Shown here: piece by piece, positions 14,085 to 24,773 of the stretch
How the letters are laid out: every line of letters begins with the position of its first letter
Position numbering within the stretch: the stretch's first letter is position 1
Origin: Eledone cirrhosa
Taxonomy: Eukaryota
Assembly (NCBI GenBank): GCA_964016885.1
Contig: OZ024742.1
Span: 134,788,001 to 134,852,000 of the forward strand
DNA length: 64,000 bases
Direction: 5' to 3'
The notes under the pieces: generated by a model
The model's input: only the letters and a program-made list of their open reading frames with translations
What the model was told of the DNA's origin: nothing
The model's database searches: none
Position numbers and translations under genes: made by a program

Positions 14085-15995
14085 ATGGCGGAGCCACGCC
14101 CCCTAGAGGCGGGTCTGCTGTCGTGCAACGGCGACTTGAGCGTTGAGAGGAGAGGTGAGGCGAGGAGCGCCACCAGCACGAGTGTGAGCAGCGACAGTGC
14201 CAGCACCAACGGGCCGAGCGGCGCGGAAGGTGGTAACAGTGACAGCACCAACACCAACAAGCCGAACAGCGCAGAAGGTGGTAATAGCGAGAGCACCAAC
14301 AAAACGAACAGCACAGAGAGTAATAGTAGCGACAGCAACAGCACCAACAAGGCCAACAGCACAGAGGGTAACCACGACACAGGGGAGAACAACAACAGCA
14401 ATAGCAGCAGCAACACCAACAAGAACAACAACAGTGACAACACCAACAAGAACACCTTCGCTGCTGTGGCAGCGGCTAAAAGGAGACCATGCTACAGCAT
14501 CGACTTAACCAACAGAGAGGAAAAGTTGGCCCAGGCCTGGAAAATCATAAATCAAGAGCAGACCTGGGCAAACTTAACTGTCCCGGCAGAAGCCATTGAG
14601 GCAGTGGAAAAAAGAACGGTGCATTTCAGATGCATCTCAGTAGAGACAAAGAGGGAAGCGATAATCGCCCAAGCTGATATAGAAGCCGCACTGAAATACA
14701 TCAGAGAGGACACAGACTTCATAGAGAGGGGCAGGCAATACGGCACCGTTTCGGTGCTGTTCAAGTCTGAAGCCCTCGCTGTGAAGCATTCAATGACCCC
14801 TTGCAAAACCAGCAAGGTCATAATGTACCCCTCCCACATGGGAAAACGAATAGCACGTGTGCGCATTCCCAGGATTCCACCAGGACTTGATATGTGGTGG
14901 CTCCTGGGTTGCGTAATCGTGGAAGGAACGGATACAGTCCCGGTAGAGGCAACGAGAACTGCCAGGGACGACTGGTCCGGGGTTGATCTGGAGATACTGC
15001 TCCAAATCAGACCCGAAAACGTAAAAGCAATCCCGGACCACATCCGCCTCCAAAACGGGAGGGTGTTGCATATAATGACTGAGGGCAAAAGGCCGCATTG
15101 TTTCCTTTGTGGGGAAACGACACACTTGCGAGCCTTCTGCCCTCAACTGCCGAAAAGCGCAAGGGGTCGAAAGATTCCACTGCTGGCGACGCCGGGACAA
15201 GGACCACCAGCAACACCGTCAACAATGGAACCACCAAAATTGCACACCCAGGGGGGAAACGAGGAAAGCTCTCCCATTCCCCCTCCCCCCAAAAATACAC
15301 ACACGAACAAGAACATAAACACTCACTCAGACACAAACACGCTCACAGCCACAGACCCCTCATCCTCCAGCAGTGAAGATGAGGGAAAACCAAAGTCCCC
15401 CAAAATACAAAAAACAAAACACAAAAAAAAAAGAAATCCACAAAGCACAAACACCCCCACAAAAGAAAATACACACACCACCCACACAAACATTTTCCCC
15501 ACAGCATCACCAACACAACCACCAAAATCCCCCAAACGCAAACAAGCTAAACAGACACAAGAACAAATAGACACACAAACATCAGAAACTACAGACACCC
15601 CACCCACAACAAACGCAGACACAATAGAAACAACACTAACAAAGCTATCACCACCACAATCACACGAACAAATAAAACCCGAGCAACAAAACATTAAAAA
15701 CTTCGTGCTTGCCAGAAGGGCCAACAAGGAATTGATGGCCCATGTAGCACGAAGCACAAACATCGAAAAAGACGGGGAAACATTTGAAGCGAGCACATTT
15801 CGCGTACCAGATAATTTGCTTCTGATGCGAATGTCGCTCGCTTCATACAAAGAAATTCGAAAGAGCTTTCCTCGGGATGTGGGAACCCCGAACGTAAAAC
15901 CCACGTCAAGACTATTAAAGGGGTTCCCAAAAGAAACCCCACAAACCATGGAGGTCGAACCACCCGACCTTCACAAGACCCCGGAAGGTAAGTAA
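14085..15995 (+). CDS. ORF1 gag-like nucleic-acid-binding protein (636 aa from the first ATG)
   Basis: ATG in good context (aaacATGG); S/N/T-rich N-terminus; FAAVAA motif; CCHC knuckle CFLCGETTHLRAFC; P/T/K-rich C-terminal half. Confidence 0.9.
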   Translation: MAEPRPLEAGLLSCNGDLSVERRGEARSATSTSVSSDSASTNGPSGAEGGNSDSTNTNKPNSAEGGNSESTNKTNSTESNSSDSNSTNKANSTEGNHDTGENNNSNSSSNTNKNNNSDNTNKNTFAAVAAAKRRPCYSIDLTNREEKLAQAWKIINQEQTWANLTVPAEAIEAVEKRTVHFRCISVETKREAIIAQADIEAALKYIREDTDFIERGRQYGTVSVLFKSEALAVKHSMTPCKTSKVIMYPSHMGKRIARVRIPRIPPGLDMWWLLGCVIVEGTDTVPVEATRTARDDWSGVDLEILLQIRPENVKAIPDHIRLQNGRVLHIMTEGKRPHCFLCGETTHLRAFCPQLPKSARGRKIPLLATPGQGPPATPSTMEPPKLHTQGGNEESSPIPPPPKNTHTNKNINTHSDTNTLTATDPSSSSSEDEGKPKSPKIQKTKHKKKRNPQSTNTPTKENTHTTHTNIFPTASPTQPPKSPKRKQAKQTQEQIDTQTSETTDTPPTTNADTIETTLTKLSPPQSHEQIKPEQQNIKNFVLARRANKELMAHVARSTNIEKDGETFEASTFRVPDNLLLMRMSLASYKEIRKSFPRDVGTPNVKPTSRLLKGFPKETPQTMEVEPPDLHKTPEGK

Positions 15996-16024
15996 ACCTT
16001 TCCTCTCCCATTCATCCTGCCAGC

Positions 16025-19000
16025 ATGGCCATAAGAGTAGGAAGTTTAAATGTTCGTGGCCTGGGGTCGCCCTGGAAGCAAGGTCACTTGCTCAACGACC
16101 TCAGGTCACTAGGAATGGATGTAATTGCCATCAGCGAGACCAGAATTTCCGACACACGCGCACTGGCGCCGATTTTCGACGATTATCAGATCTTTGCATC
16201 TGTTAGTCGGCCGGGAATGGGAGGTGGAGTGGCTGTGCTGTTTAGGAAATGTCTGGTTCTCGAGGTCAGGTCAATCTTCCGGGATCCTGACGGAAAGTTG
16301 GTGGTCCTGGACGTGAGCAATAGCGAAGGTGGTGCCTTTAGACTGGTGGCCGTCTACGCCCCTACTGGGGCCGGTCGGCCGGACTTCTTTAGGCGCCTGG
16401 AAAACTTTCTGCTTACGTCTCGCCCTTTACTGTTAATAGGGGATTGGAATGGCATCTTAGAAGCACGCTGGGATTGTGTGGGAGTATCTGATAGGAGCGG
16501 GGGGTGCAAAAGCCTCAAGTACCTGATCAGCCAGTTTCAACTGTCTGACAGGTACCGACTAGATTTCCCTAATGCGCCAGTATGGACCTGGACCAATCGC
16601 ATAGGGTCATCTAGATCGTACATAGATAGGATTTTCATTAGGAAAAGAGATAGAAATAGTGTAGGATGTCCACATTTTAAAACGGTTGCCTATTCAGATC
16701 ACAAGCTTGTGATCTGTATGGTCGACCTAGATAAGACACGTAGGTTAGGACCTAGCTACTGGAAGCTAAACATGTCGTTTCCGGCACGTAAAGCTTACAG
16801 GGACCGGGTCAACAACTTAGTTAAGCAAAAGTTGACAGGGGGGGTTGTCAACAACAGGTGGTGGGGGGCACTCAAAAGAGAGATTAGAGCAACCTCGATA
16901 GGATTTAGCAAAGAAGTAGCAATAGAGAAAAATAGAAAGGAGGAGGGGCTGATAGCTAAGTTAGACGAGGCTATTTGTAGTGGCATTGCAACAGACGTGC
17001 TAGCGGCGAGAATGGCACTAGACCATTTCTTCAATGCGAAACACGAAGGTTGCATTGTCAGAGCTAAGGCGCGTGCTCTGAGGAACGAGGGAACCAAAGC
17101 TGCCCGATGGGCTCGCTTTGCAGAGACGCAGCGTGGAAATAAAACCACAATTCGGTCTTTGACGGATCGAGATGGACACGAACTGAGCGATTCCAAGCGG
17201 ATGTGTGAGGCCTTTCGCCAGCACTTTGCTCGATTGTTCGGGAGGATGGGTGAGTCGGAGACGGCGGCGGACTTCAGTCCCTACCTCGACGGCTTGCCAC
17301 GCCTCTCGACGGCCGACGCTGAGCGCTGCGAAGAGCCGATAACATCAGCCGAAATTCAGGACGCCCTTGTCGGCTGCTCGAGTCGCAAGTCACCCGGTTT
17401 GGATGGTCTGCCCTACGAGCTTTACGTAAATATGCCAGACTTGTTCTCCGATCTCCTCGAAGCGCTCTACTGCAACTGGCAGCAGAACGGGAGCATTCCC
17501 AGTTCTGTGAGCCGTGGCGTAGTGACGCTGATAAGGAAAGACGAGAACAAGAGGGACACACTAGATAATTTCAGGCCCATAACCCTGCTCAACACAGAGT
17601 TTAAGATTTTGGCCAAGGTGTTAGCGAAAAGGTTGGCGCTTGTCGTCAAAGATTTGGTTGGGGAGGCGCAAACTTGCGCAATCCCGACCAGGTCCATACA
17701 CGACAACCTCCACCTCATGCGATACATCATAGAGAGGGTTGGGTGCAAACCTGGCTTCGGTGGGGCTCTGATCAATTTAGATCAATCGAAAGCATTCGAT
17801 AGGGTTGACCATCGGTACTTGGAGGCTGTCCTCGAGGCGGCTGGCTTCGGCCCCGTCTTCAGAAGCTGGATCGCTGCAATGTACAGCGGCATCCGCTCGG
17901 TGGTCAAAGTTAATGGCCACCTCTCGGAACCGTTTCAGATCTCTCGATCGGTCCGTCAAGGGTGCCCTCTCTCCTCACTTCTGTACGTATTGACTCTTGA
18001 GCCTCTACTGCGGAAGCTGGAGTTGTTGCAGGGCATCCCGCTCGAACCGGGACGTAGAAAGGCTGCGTCCGCTTATGCGGACGACATCACCGTGATGGTG
18101 TCGGACACCTCGGAAATCGAGGTGATCCGCACCCATTTGGAGGAATATGAAAGGTTGACGGAAGCAAAACTTAACCCGGAAAAGTCGGTGGGCTTGCAGC
18201 TCGGCACCTGGAGAGGCAAGTCCATGCCGTCCAACAGCGTCGTTGGGCGCTGGACAGACGGACCGGTAAAGTTGCTCGGGGTTTGGTTCGGACCAGACCT
18301 CCAGGTGGATAAGAATTGGGACGAGGTGACGAGCAGGATAGCCAACCTCACCCAGAAATGGGCTGAGAGAAAGCTATCACTGAAAGGGCGGGCGGAGGTG
18401 GCGAACGCGTACATCGCGTCCGTCATCTACTACCGCCTGACCGTCGTGCCTTGCCCCCGTCCACGCCTCGCCAATTTGGAACGGCTCCTTTTCAAATTTT
18501 TGTGGAGGGGACGGGTCCCGTTGGTGAGGCGGTCCATCTGCTGCCAGCACCCTCTTCGTGGAGGGCTGGGCATGCCGTGGCTAATGATGCGCAGACATGC
18601 GCTGAGGCTGCGACATCTCCAGATATTTTGCCTAAACGGTGAACAGGTGTGGTCGCCGTTTGTTAGACGGGCCTTTCCGCAGCTCATCTCTTTGACTGAG
18701 CTGCAGTCCTGGGTCAAGAAGAGACCGAGACTGGGCGACTGGCATCTGGAATGTTGCCAGGCGCTCACTGCACTCTGCAAGGTGGGCAATGCGGTCAGTG
18801 GAATTTCCACTCAAGATTTCTATAGAGGATTAGTGGAGGGCAAGTGCGATGACGTACTAGGAGAGGCTCTGGGCGTCAACGAAGTAGAACTGACCAGTAT
18901 GTTCCGGAGGACTTTCGAGCCGGGGACGATGGATAACTTCCAGAAATCCCTCGCTTGGCAGTGCTACCGGGGGGCGCTGCCGGTTCGGGATAAACTCTAC

Positions 19001-19444
19001 AGGCACGGAAGTGCTGTCAGACGAACCTGCCCGAGATGCGCGCAGAGCGACGAAACCGTTCTGCACGCACTCGTCCAGTGTCCGTGCATTGCTGACTTGT
19101 GGGGTTATGTCGAACAGCTATTGTCGCGTGTAGAACGGATCCGGCTATCGTCCGAGTCCATAGTGAAGATTGACCCGCCGCCTTCTTTTGGTCAGGAAGG
19201 GCAGGCAATTTTCCTCTGCCTGGTGGCAGTAGCGAAAGAGGTTGTATGGTGGACCAGGTTGAAAGGACTGAAGACAGACACTTTTCTCTTCGGCCAATCC
19301 CTCATCAACTTCTTCAAGTTTCACTTGGAAAGGAAGGTGAGGGTGGAGAGAGAAGTGCTGCCCCCCAGTACATTTACTGAAAGGTGGGTGAATGTGGCGA
19401 GAATGGCCCGCGTGAGTGGGCCTACTCTGATCATGCGCCTGTAG
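16025..19444 (+). CDS. ORF2: APE-like endonuclease + reverse transcriptase + C-terminal zinc finger (1139 aa)
   Basis: EN motifs SLNVRG, SETR, VYAP, GDWN, IDRIF, SDH; RT motifs KSPGLDG, NFRPITLLN, DQSKAFDRV, RQGCPLS, YADD; GGLG; CPRC..ETVLHALVQC. Confidence 0.97.
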   Translation: MAIRVGSLNVRGLGSPWKQGHLLNDLRSLGMDVIAISETRISDTRALAPIFDDYQIFASVSRPGMGGGVAVLFRKCLVLEVRSIFRDPDGKLVVLDVSNSEGGAFRLVAVYAPTGAGRPDFFRRLENFLLTSRPLLLIGDWNGILEARWDCVGVSDRSGGCKSLKYLISQFQLSDRYRLDFPNAPVWTWTNRIGSSRSYIDRIFIRKRDRNSVGCPHFKTVAYSDHKLVICMVDLDKTRRLGPSYWKLNMSFPARKAYRDRVNNLVKQKLTGGVVNNRWWGALKREIRATSIGFSKEVAIEKNRKEEGLIAKLDEAICSGIATDVLAARMALDHFFNAKHEGCIVRAKARALRNEGTKAARWARFAETQRGNKTTIRSLTDRDGHELSDSKRMCEAFRQHFARLFGRMGESETAADFSPYLDGLPRLSTADAERCEEPITSAEIQDALVGCSSRKSPGLDGLPYELYVNMPDLFSDLLEALYCNWQQNGSIPSSVSRGVVTLIRKDENKRDTLDNFRPITLLNTEFKILAKVLAKRLALVVKDLVGEAQTCAIPTRSIHDNLHLMRYIIERVGCKPGFGGALINLDQSKAFDRVDHRYLEAVLEAAGFGPVFRSWIAAMYSGIRSVVKVNGHLSEPFQISRSVRQGCPLSSLLYVLTLEPLLRKLELLQGIPLEPGRRKAASAYADDITVMVSDTSEIEVIRTHLEEYERLTEAKLNPEKSVGLQLGTWRGKSMPSNSVVGRWTDGPVKLLGVWFGPDLQVDKNWDEVTSRIANLTQKWAERKLSLKGRAEVANAYIASVIYYRLTVVPCPRPRLANLERLLFKFLWRGRVPLVRRSICCQHPLRGGLGMPWLMMRRHALRLRHLQIFCLNGEQVWSPFVRRAFPQLISLTELQSWVKKRPRLGDWHLECCQALTALCKVGNAVSGISTQDFYRGLVEGKCDDVLGEALGVNEVELTSMFRRTFEPGTMDNFQKSLAWQCYRGALPVRDKLYRHGSAVRRTCPRCAQSDETVLHALVQCPCIADLWGYVEQLLSRVERIRLSSESIVKIDPPPSFGQEGQAIFLCLVAVAKEVVWWTRLKGLKTDTFLFGQSLINFFKFHLERKVRVEREVLPPSTFTERWVNVARMARVSGPTLIMRL

Positions 19445-19711
19445 GCTGGTGAATTCGAGAAGGAGAGGGGTGCCCTTCCCGGGTGCCCTAGGAGCGTCGG
19501 GTGGCTCAGGACTGGTGGGGTGCTTGAGTCAACCCTGGGTGGTGATCCCTCTTATTGGGGAACTTTCATTGTTGTATTTTTATTGTTATTTTGTTTTTGT
19601 TTTTTTGTTATTTATACTTACTCGATCTCTATGTAAACCCCCACTGTCCCTGTCTATTGTGTTGTCCCCTATATGTCGGCCCTTGTGGCCAATAAATGAA
19701 ATCATTATTAT

Positions 19712-19712
<1 letters not shown>

Positions 19713-19746
<34 letters not shown>

Positions 19747-19747
19747 A

Positions 19748-19788
<41 letters not shown>

Positions 19789-19905
19789 TTTGTAGTAGTA
19801 GTAGTAGTAGTAGTGGTAACAGCAGCAGCAGAGTTATTATCAGCATCAGTAGCAGCAGTAGTAGTAGTAGTAGTAGTTGTTGTTATTGTTTTTGCTGTTG
19901 TTGTA
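19713..19905. repeat. (TAG)n/(CAG)n/(TTG)n trinucleotide tract
   Basis: Read directly from the sequence. Confidence 0.95.
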
Positions 19906-20351
19906 AGAGGAAGACGATTACTACTACATGTGTTTGGAAATTGGAAATCTTCTACCGTTCTTTAAATTAGCATGATGCTCATTTCATTGAAATTTTGGTT
20001 CTGGTTGCTGGATATCTTGAAATATATTGACGTGTTTTGCTATTTCTGTTGAGAGAGGTGGATAAGACATATAAGTTTTCGTTTTTCATTTTTTTTTTTT
20101 CGGAATTATGCAATTCATTGCTGTTGGTATGATTGAAATTTGTATCTATGGAAACTATTGCTATATGCCAGAAATAGATACATTTGATATCCTTTTTTGC
20201 TGCCATAAATCGTTTTTGTTTTATTATATTTATTTCGGGGCGGTCTTTTTTGCATTTTCGTTAACTTGTTTGCCATACTATGTATGTATCCATAAATACG
20301 CGCACACGCAAATATATGTATGTACGCGTGCACGTACTAACTCACACACAT

Positions 20352-20417
<66 letters not shown>

Positions 20418-20420
<3 letters not shown>

Positions 20421-22104
20421 AACCGATTCACCGAGCACCTCCGGGATATTCGTCTCGGGGGTAGTTCCCCCATCGCCCGCCACTTTGGTGGCCCTGGACA
20501 TTCTGCACGCCATCTCACAGTCTGTGGCCTACACCAGTGCCACGGAACACCCGCCAATCGCCTTACGGTCGAACAACGAACTATCTTCATCTTACAGACC
20601 CACACTCCCCCCGGCCTGAACTCCCCACCCTTATTCCTTTAGCCTTCGACCGCCCCCTCCCCCTCCTTATCACACGCACACACCCACCGGCACATATTTA
20701 CACGCGCTCACACTAAACACACACCCTACTACCACCACTAACCCTCACCCCCACACCTCCATCCCACCCACCCGTAACTAACCTCACTAACACCCCCTAA
20801 CCCCAAGCACACGAACACACGCACCCACTTACACCACCCACCCCACACGCAACTAACGTCACTAACACCCCCCAACCCCATCCACACGTACCCACACACC
20901 CTCGTACACCACCAACTCTACACACCCCACCACCACTAACCCCCACTCACACCTGCATTCAACCCCTCCCCACCTCCCGTATACTAACACACACTAACAC
21001 CCACTAACACCCCTTCATCAAACTACACACACACCAGTACACCACACTCCCTCCATAGAACCACACACACCCTTCTCTCCCCGCTCCACCCACACACTCG
21101 CTCCACACTCACTCATCCCACTAACACCTCTACTAATACACACACACACACCCTCCTCACTCCAACTTTCACACCTACCCATCCTCGCCCCTTTACCATT
21201 CCACCGACTGCAGCTATGCCCTCTGACCACCTCCCAGCACAAACAGACACACAGCACTCCCACTGCTTGACCACATCCTGTTGCGCGCGCACCCCACATC
21301 TCTCTTCTTCCGACCGTCGCTTCATGGAATACCCGCACGCAGAAATTGACCAACACAAAATCCGCTATACACCTTTGGAATTTACTTACTTTTCAACCAT
21401 CCTCTTACGTAATCACCTATATAACTCACCCACACACACACCCAAACAAATTTTTTTCTTCACACGCCACCTACACCCACAACACGCTTAAACCCCACGC
21501 ACACGTGCTTTCCACCACATATTTACACCCCCAGCCTCCTGATTCCTCTCGCCCCACCCCTCTATCCACACACGCACAGACCCCCCCCCCCCCCCCCCAC
21601 ACACCTCTTCCTGAACATGCAACCCCGTTCTTCCCCCAACCCTTACTTTCACATACACACACACACACACACACGTACACCTACACACACACACCACCTT
21701 CAGCCCTCCCCGCTCGGACACCTTGTCTCCCTCTCCCCACTCCACCCGCCACCACCCCTACACACCCCACACCCTTCCACCACGTGTTTTACCCCCCTTT
21801 TAATTTCAGTTTAATTTCATCATGCTTTTATATTTAAATTTATTTCATTCCTTGTATTTTGATCATGCTTTATTTTTATTTTTATCTTTATTTTTTTATT
21901 TTTTCATGAGCACCGTTTCCTTTCGCTATATGTATCTCCACCACTCCCCTACACACCCTTTGAACTCTGTTCCCACACACTTCTCACCTGAGGAAGGGAT
22001 TATGCCCGAAACGTCGTCCCCACCAACACCACACTCTCCAGAGCGTGAAATTAATAAACATTCGTTGTACTGCCTCTCTGTTTTGTCCCTGTTCAAATTT
22101 TTCC

Positions 22105-22108
<4 letters not shown>
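20418..22108 (+). mobile_element. 5'-truncated Neptune-like PLE: GIY-YIG C-terminus, C/A-rich 3' region, HHR and AATAAA
   Basis: RFTEHLRDIR..PIARHF...H...LTVCGL..C....R...EQ..IF.L.T..PPGLN (20420-20642); HHR at 21985; AATAAA at 22053; (TA)n on both sides. Confidence 0.85.
21985..22018 (+). ncRNA. Minimal type I hammerhead ribozyme
   Basis: ac-CTGAGGA-a ggg attatg ccc-GAA-ACGT-C-gt. Palindromic stem III and a GUC site, but stem I is very short. Confidence 0.75.
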
Positions 22109-22177
<69 letters not shown>

Positions 22178-22499
22178 GTATGTGTGTACTGTTATTTTGT
22201 TATGTAATACATTTCTCGTTATAGACATTTTAGCTGTAATATTTCTACCGGGTATGGATAATCGATATATAAGTGTTGTAATTTATACCGTCATCAATTT
22301 GGTATCGACATATGCTGCACATTTTCTATCCAAAATGTGAAGTCGAAGTTTCAATTAATACTTTATTCGTTTTCAGTGTAACACGCGTTTCGTTAATTTA
22401 CACGAGTAATCCACATCTTATGTAATAGTGGATGTTTTACTGGTGTTACTGCAGTTAGTGATGCTACCGGTGGCGGTGGAATTCCGCCCGACACCGGCG

Positions 22500-23480
22500 T
22501 TTGTAGCAACGGAGGCTTGCGGACACCTATATTCTTGAGCTGAAGGCTGAAGTTTTGCAGACATGTTGCTTCCTCGGAGAGGAAGTTGTGTTACCTTCTG
22601 TGATCAATAATATTATGGACCTCTCCTGAAGGCGCACAAGAGGTATTCAGTTTTTCTGGTTTGATTTGGAGAAGAATCTATAATTACATCTCAGATCAGT
22701 CCTCTCCAGATGTCTTTCTAACGTCCATGATGGTCCTATTTGCACCCTCTTCGACCACGCACTCCAGCAGTCACCATAAGTTTATTCCTGAACAGATCCT
22801 GGGAATGCGGACCATTACTCTCTTTGTTTCCATGTGCGACTGGTGCATCAATATGCGATATGTTCTTATGCGGGTCACCGACTGTTTAATAGCATGGGCC
22901 TCGGGTTTGAACTGTCAAGCCTTTGTTTTGTTTAGTATGTCATCTTTCATGCATTTCAGTGCAGCATCGCCTTCAGTGGGTGGTGAATACTACTTTACAG
23001 GTGTGCATTGAAATACTTCTATAGCGCAAAGCCGTCGTTTGCTTTGCTGTTGTTGATTCTTCAGAGATTGTTAGGTTGGCCCAGGATATTTCTCACTTAA
23101 TTAATTTCCACGCATGGGCCAAATATTGCTCCTTGTCCTAAATGTCCACATGTCAAAATGTTTTATTTTTTTGCAGCCGCAGCTGAGTCGTGTTTGTTGT
23201 TGTTGTTGTTGCTGTTGCTGGTGGTCATTGCCTTCCTTATTCTCATCGTTGTGTCGTTAGTGTTCTTTTTATCGGTGTTGTTGGCATTGTTACTGTTGGT
23301 GGTGTTGTGATTATTTCCGTTTTTACGCTCATTTATTTATTTGGTGCTGCTATTGCTGCCGATATGCCTTATGTGGTGTTGTTCATAATTGTTGTGGGAG
23401 GGTTGTCGTTATTCATCTCAACATTCAAGCCTATGTCACGTGACAACTGGTTGAAGGTTGGAGAAGTGCTCCGTTCATGA
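22500..23480 (-). pseudogene. Decayed ORF1 of the same Tx1/L1 family
   Basis: The minus strand gives LAHAWKLI (cf. LAQAWKII), TGGGCCAACCTAAC, and CGCATTCCCAGGAT, all shared with the intact ORF1. Confidence 0.75.
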
Positions 23481-23499
23481 CCTGTTTGTAACATAAATA

Positions 23500-23690
23500 T
23501 AATTGTTTCTACTTTTGGCACAAGGTGAGCAATTATCCCAGTGCATTACTGGTACTTTATTTTACGACCTCGTCAGGATGAAAGGCAAAGTTAACCTCGA
23601 CGGTTTGTGAACTCAGATCGTAAAGGGACGTAACTCTATGCTGCAAAGCATGGGTACAGATCCTCTACCGATACTGCCAATCCAACGCCC
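23500..23690 (-). mobile_element. tRNA-derived SINE family 1, full length
   Basis: Minus strand: GGGCGTTGGATTGGCAGTATCGGTAGAG (A-box-like), GAGTTCACAAACC (B-box-like), core CTTTGCCTTTCATCC..GGTCG..AAATAAAGTACCAG (resembles the Nin/Deu-type SINE core), tail CTTGTGCCAAAAGTAGAAACAATT. Confidence 0.85.
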
Positions 23691-23754
23691 TGATGATTAT
23701 ACAGTGCACACTTGAACATTGAAAAAACCTAAAAAATGATATACAAATACGTTT

Positions 23755-23884
23755 TTGCGGCCCTTTATCGTCTGAGTTTAAATCCCGCCGAGGTTAACTT
23801 TGCCTTACGGGGTCGATAAAATAAAGTATCAGTAATACACTGAGATAATTGCTGGCCTTGTGCCAAAAGTAGAAACAATTATTA
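23755..23884 (+). mobile_element. SINE family 1, 5'-truncated, inverted relative to its neighbour
   Basis: Same B-box, core and tail as the other copies. Confidence 0.85.
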
Positions 23885-24271
23885 ATGTTTTGGAGGACAT
23901 AATGGGAAAGTTTTGAATCTATAATTATCTATATTATACTAAATTAAACTTAACTGGACTAACAGGCTATTTAAATATGGAACGTTCAAATTAAGTACGA
24001 CAGTAAAACCTGAGCGGTAGTATACGGAATTCTAGTTGTGTATGACAGAGTGAATAGAGACGATGTATACGAAGATTCTATTTATGTATAATATGCTAAA
24101 CTGTGAGGTAAGATATGAAAAGTATAGTTATGTCTAAAGAAGAAACTTGGAGGTAAAAATGGACATTATAATTACGTGCAACTGGAATAACTGAGAGTTA
24201 GTATACGGAAAATAGTATAAACTGAGTGTTAATATAGGGAAGATAGTATAACTGTGAGAGGTTATATAGTG

Positions 24272-24460
24272 ATTTCTAATATAGGCACAAGGTCTATATT
24301 AGACCTCAGTATGTTACTGGTGCTTTATTTTATCGACACCGTAAGGATGAAAAGCAATGTTAACATCGGCCGGATTTGAACTCAGACGATAAAGGGCCGT
24401 AACTCTATGCTGGAAATCATGGTGTCCGGCTCTCTACCGACACTGCCAATCCACTGTCCT
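24272..24460 (-). mobile_element. SINE family 1
   Basis: Colinear with 23500-23690. Confidence 0.8.
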
Positions 24461-24773
24461 TGAGAGGTTATATAATGAAATACTAATTATGTATATCAGA
24501 ATAAATTGAGATGTAATGTAAGAAGGTTTAAATTCTGAATAGCATATGTGGACTCTACTCGTATATATCACAATGCACTATTAAAGGCCAGTAGAGAGAG
24601 GATGTGGGGGATCAGTTGTACATTAGACGCAATATACAGCACACACTTCAAAATATATAGAATATGCAGAAAAATAATATTACCAACAATTAGCAATTAA
24701 AATTAAAATTAAAATAAATTAAAAACACAAGTTACGATTACACAATATTGGGATAAGGAAAAATGTATAAATA

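Larger units (their letters stand above)
13874..19712 (+). mobile_element. Full-length intact Tx1/L1-clade non-LTR retrotransposon
   Basis: ~210 bp 5' UTR, uninterrupted ORF1 and ORF2 separated by 29 nt, 3' UTR with a hairpin, AATAAA (19691) and an (ATT)n tail. Confidence 0.95.

Noticed and set aside
15988-16023. 36 nt intron fusing ORF1 to ORF2
   Set aside because: Very short, and removing it leaves ORF2 out of frame (gaa gca tgg cca taa).
14075-19208. Antisense and alternate-frame ORFs inside the LINE
   Set aside because: Shadows of GC-rich or low-complexity ORF1/ORF2 coding sequence with no independent motifs.
19449-19970. Apparent 173 aa 'ORF3' after ORF2
   Set aside because: Non-ATG start, and it runs through the 3' UTR into the (TAG)n tract (poly-Ser).
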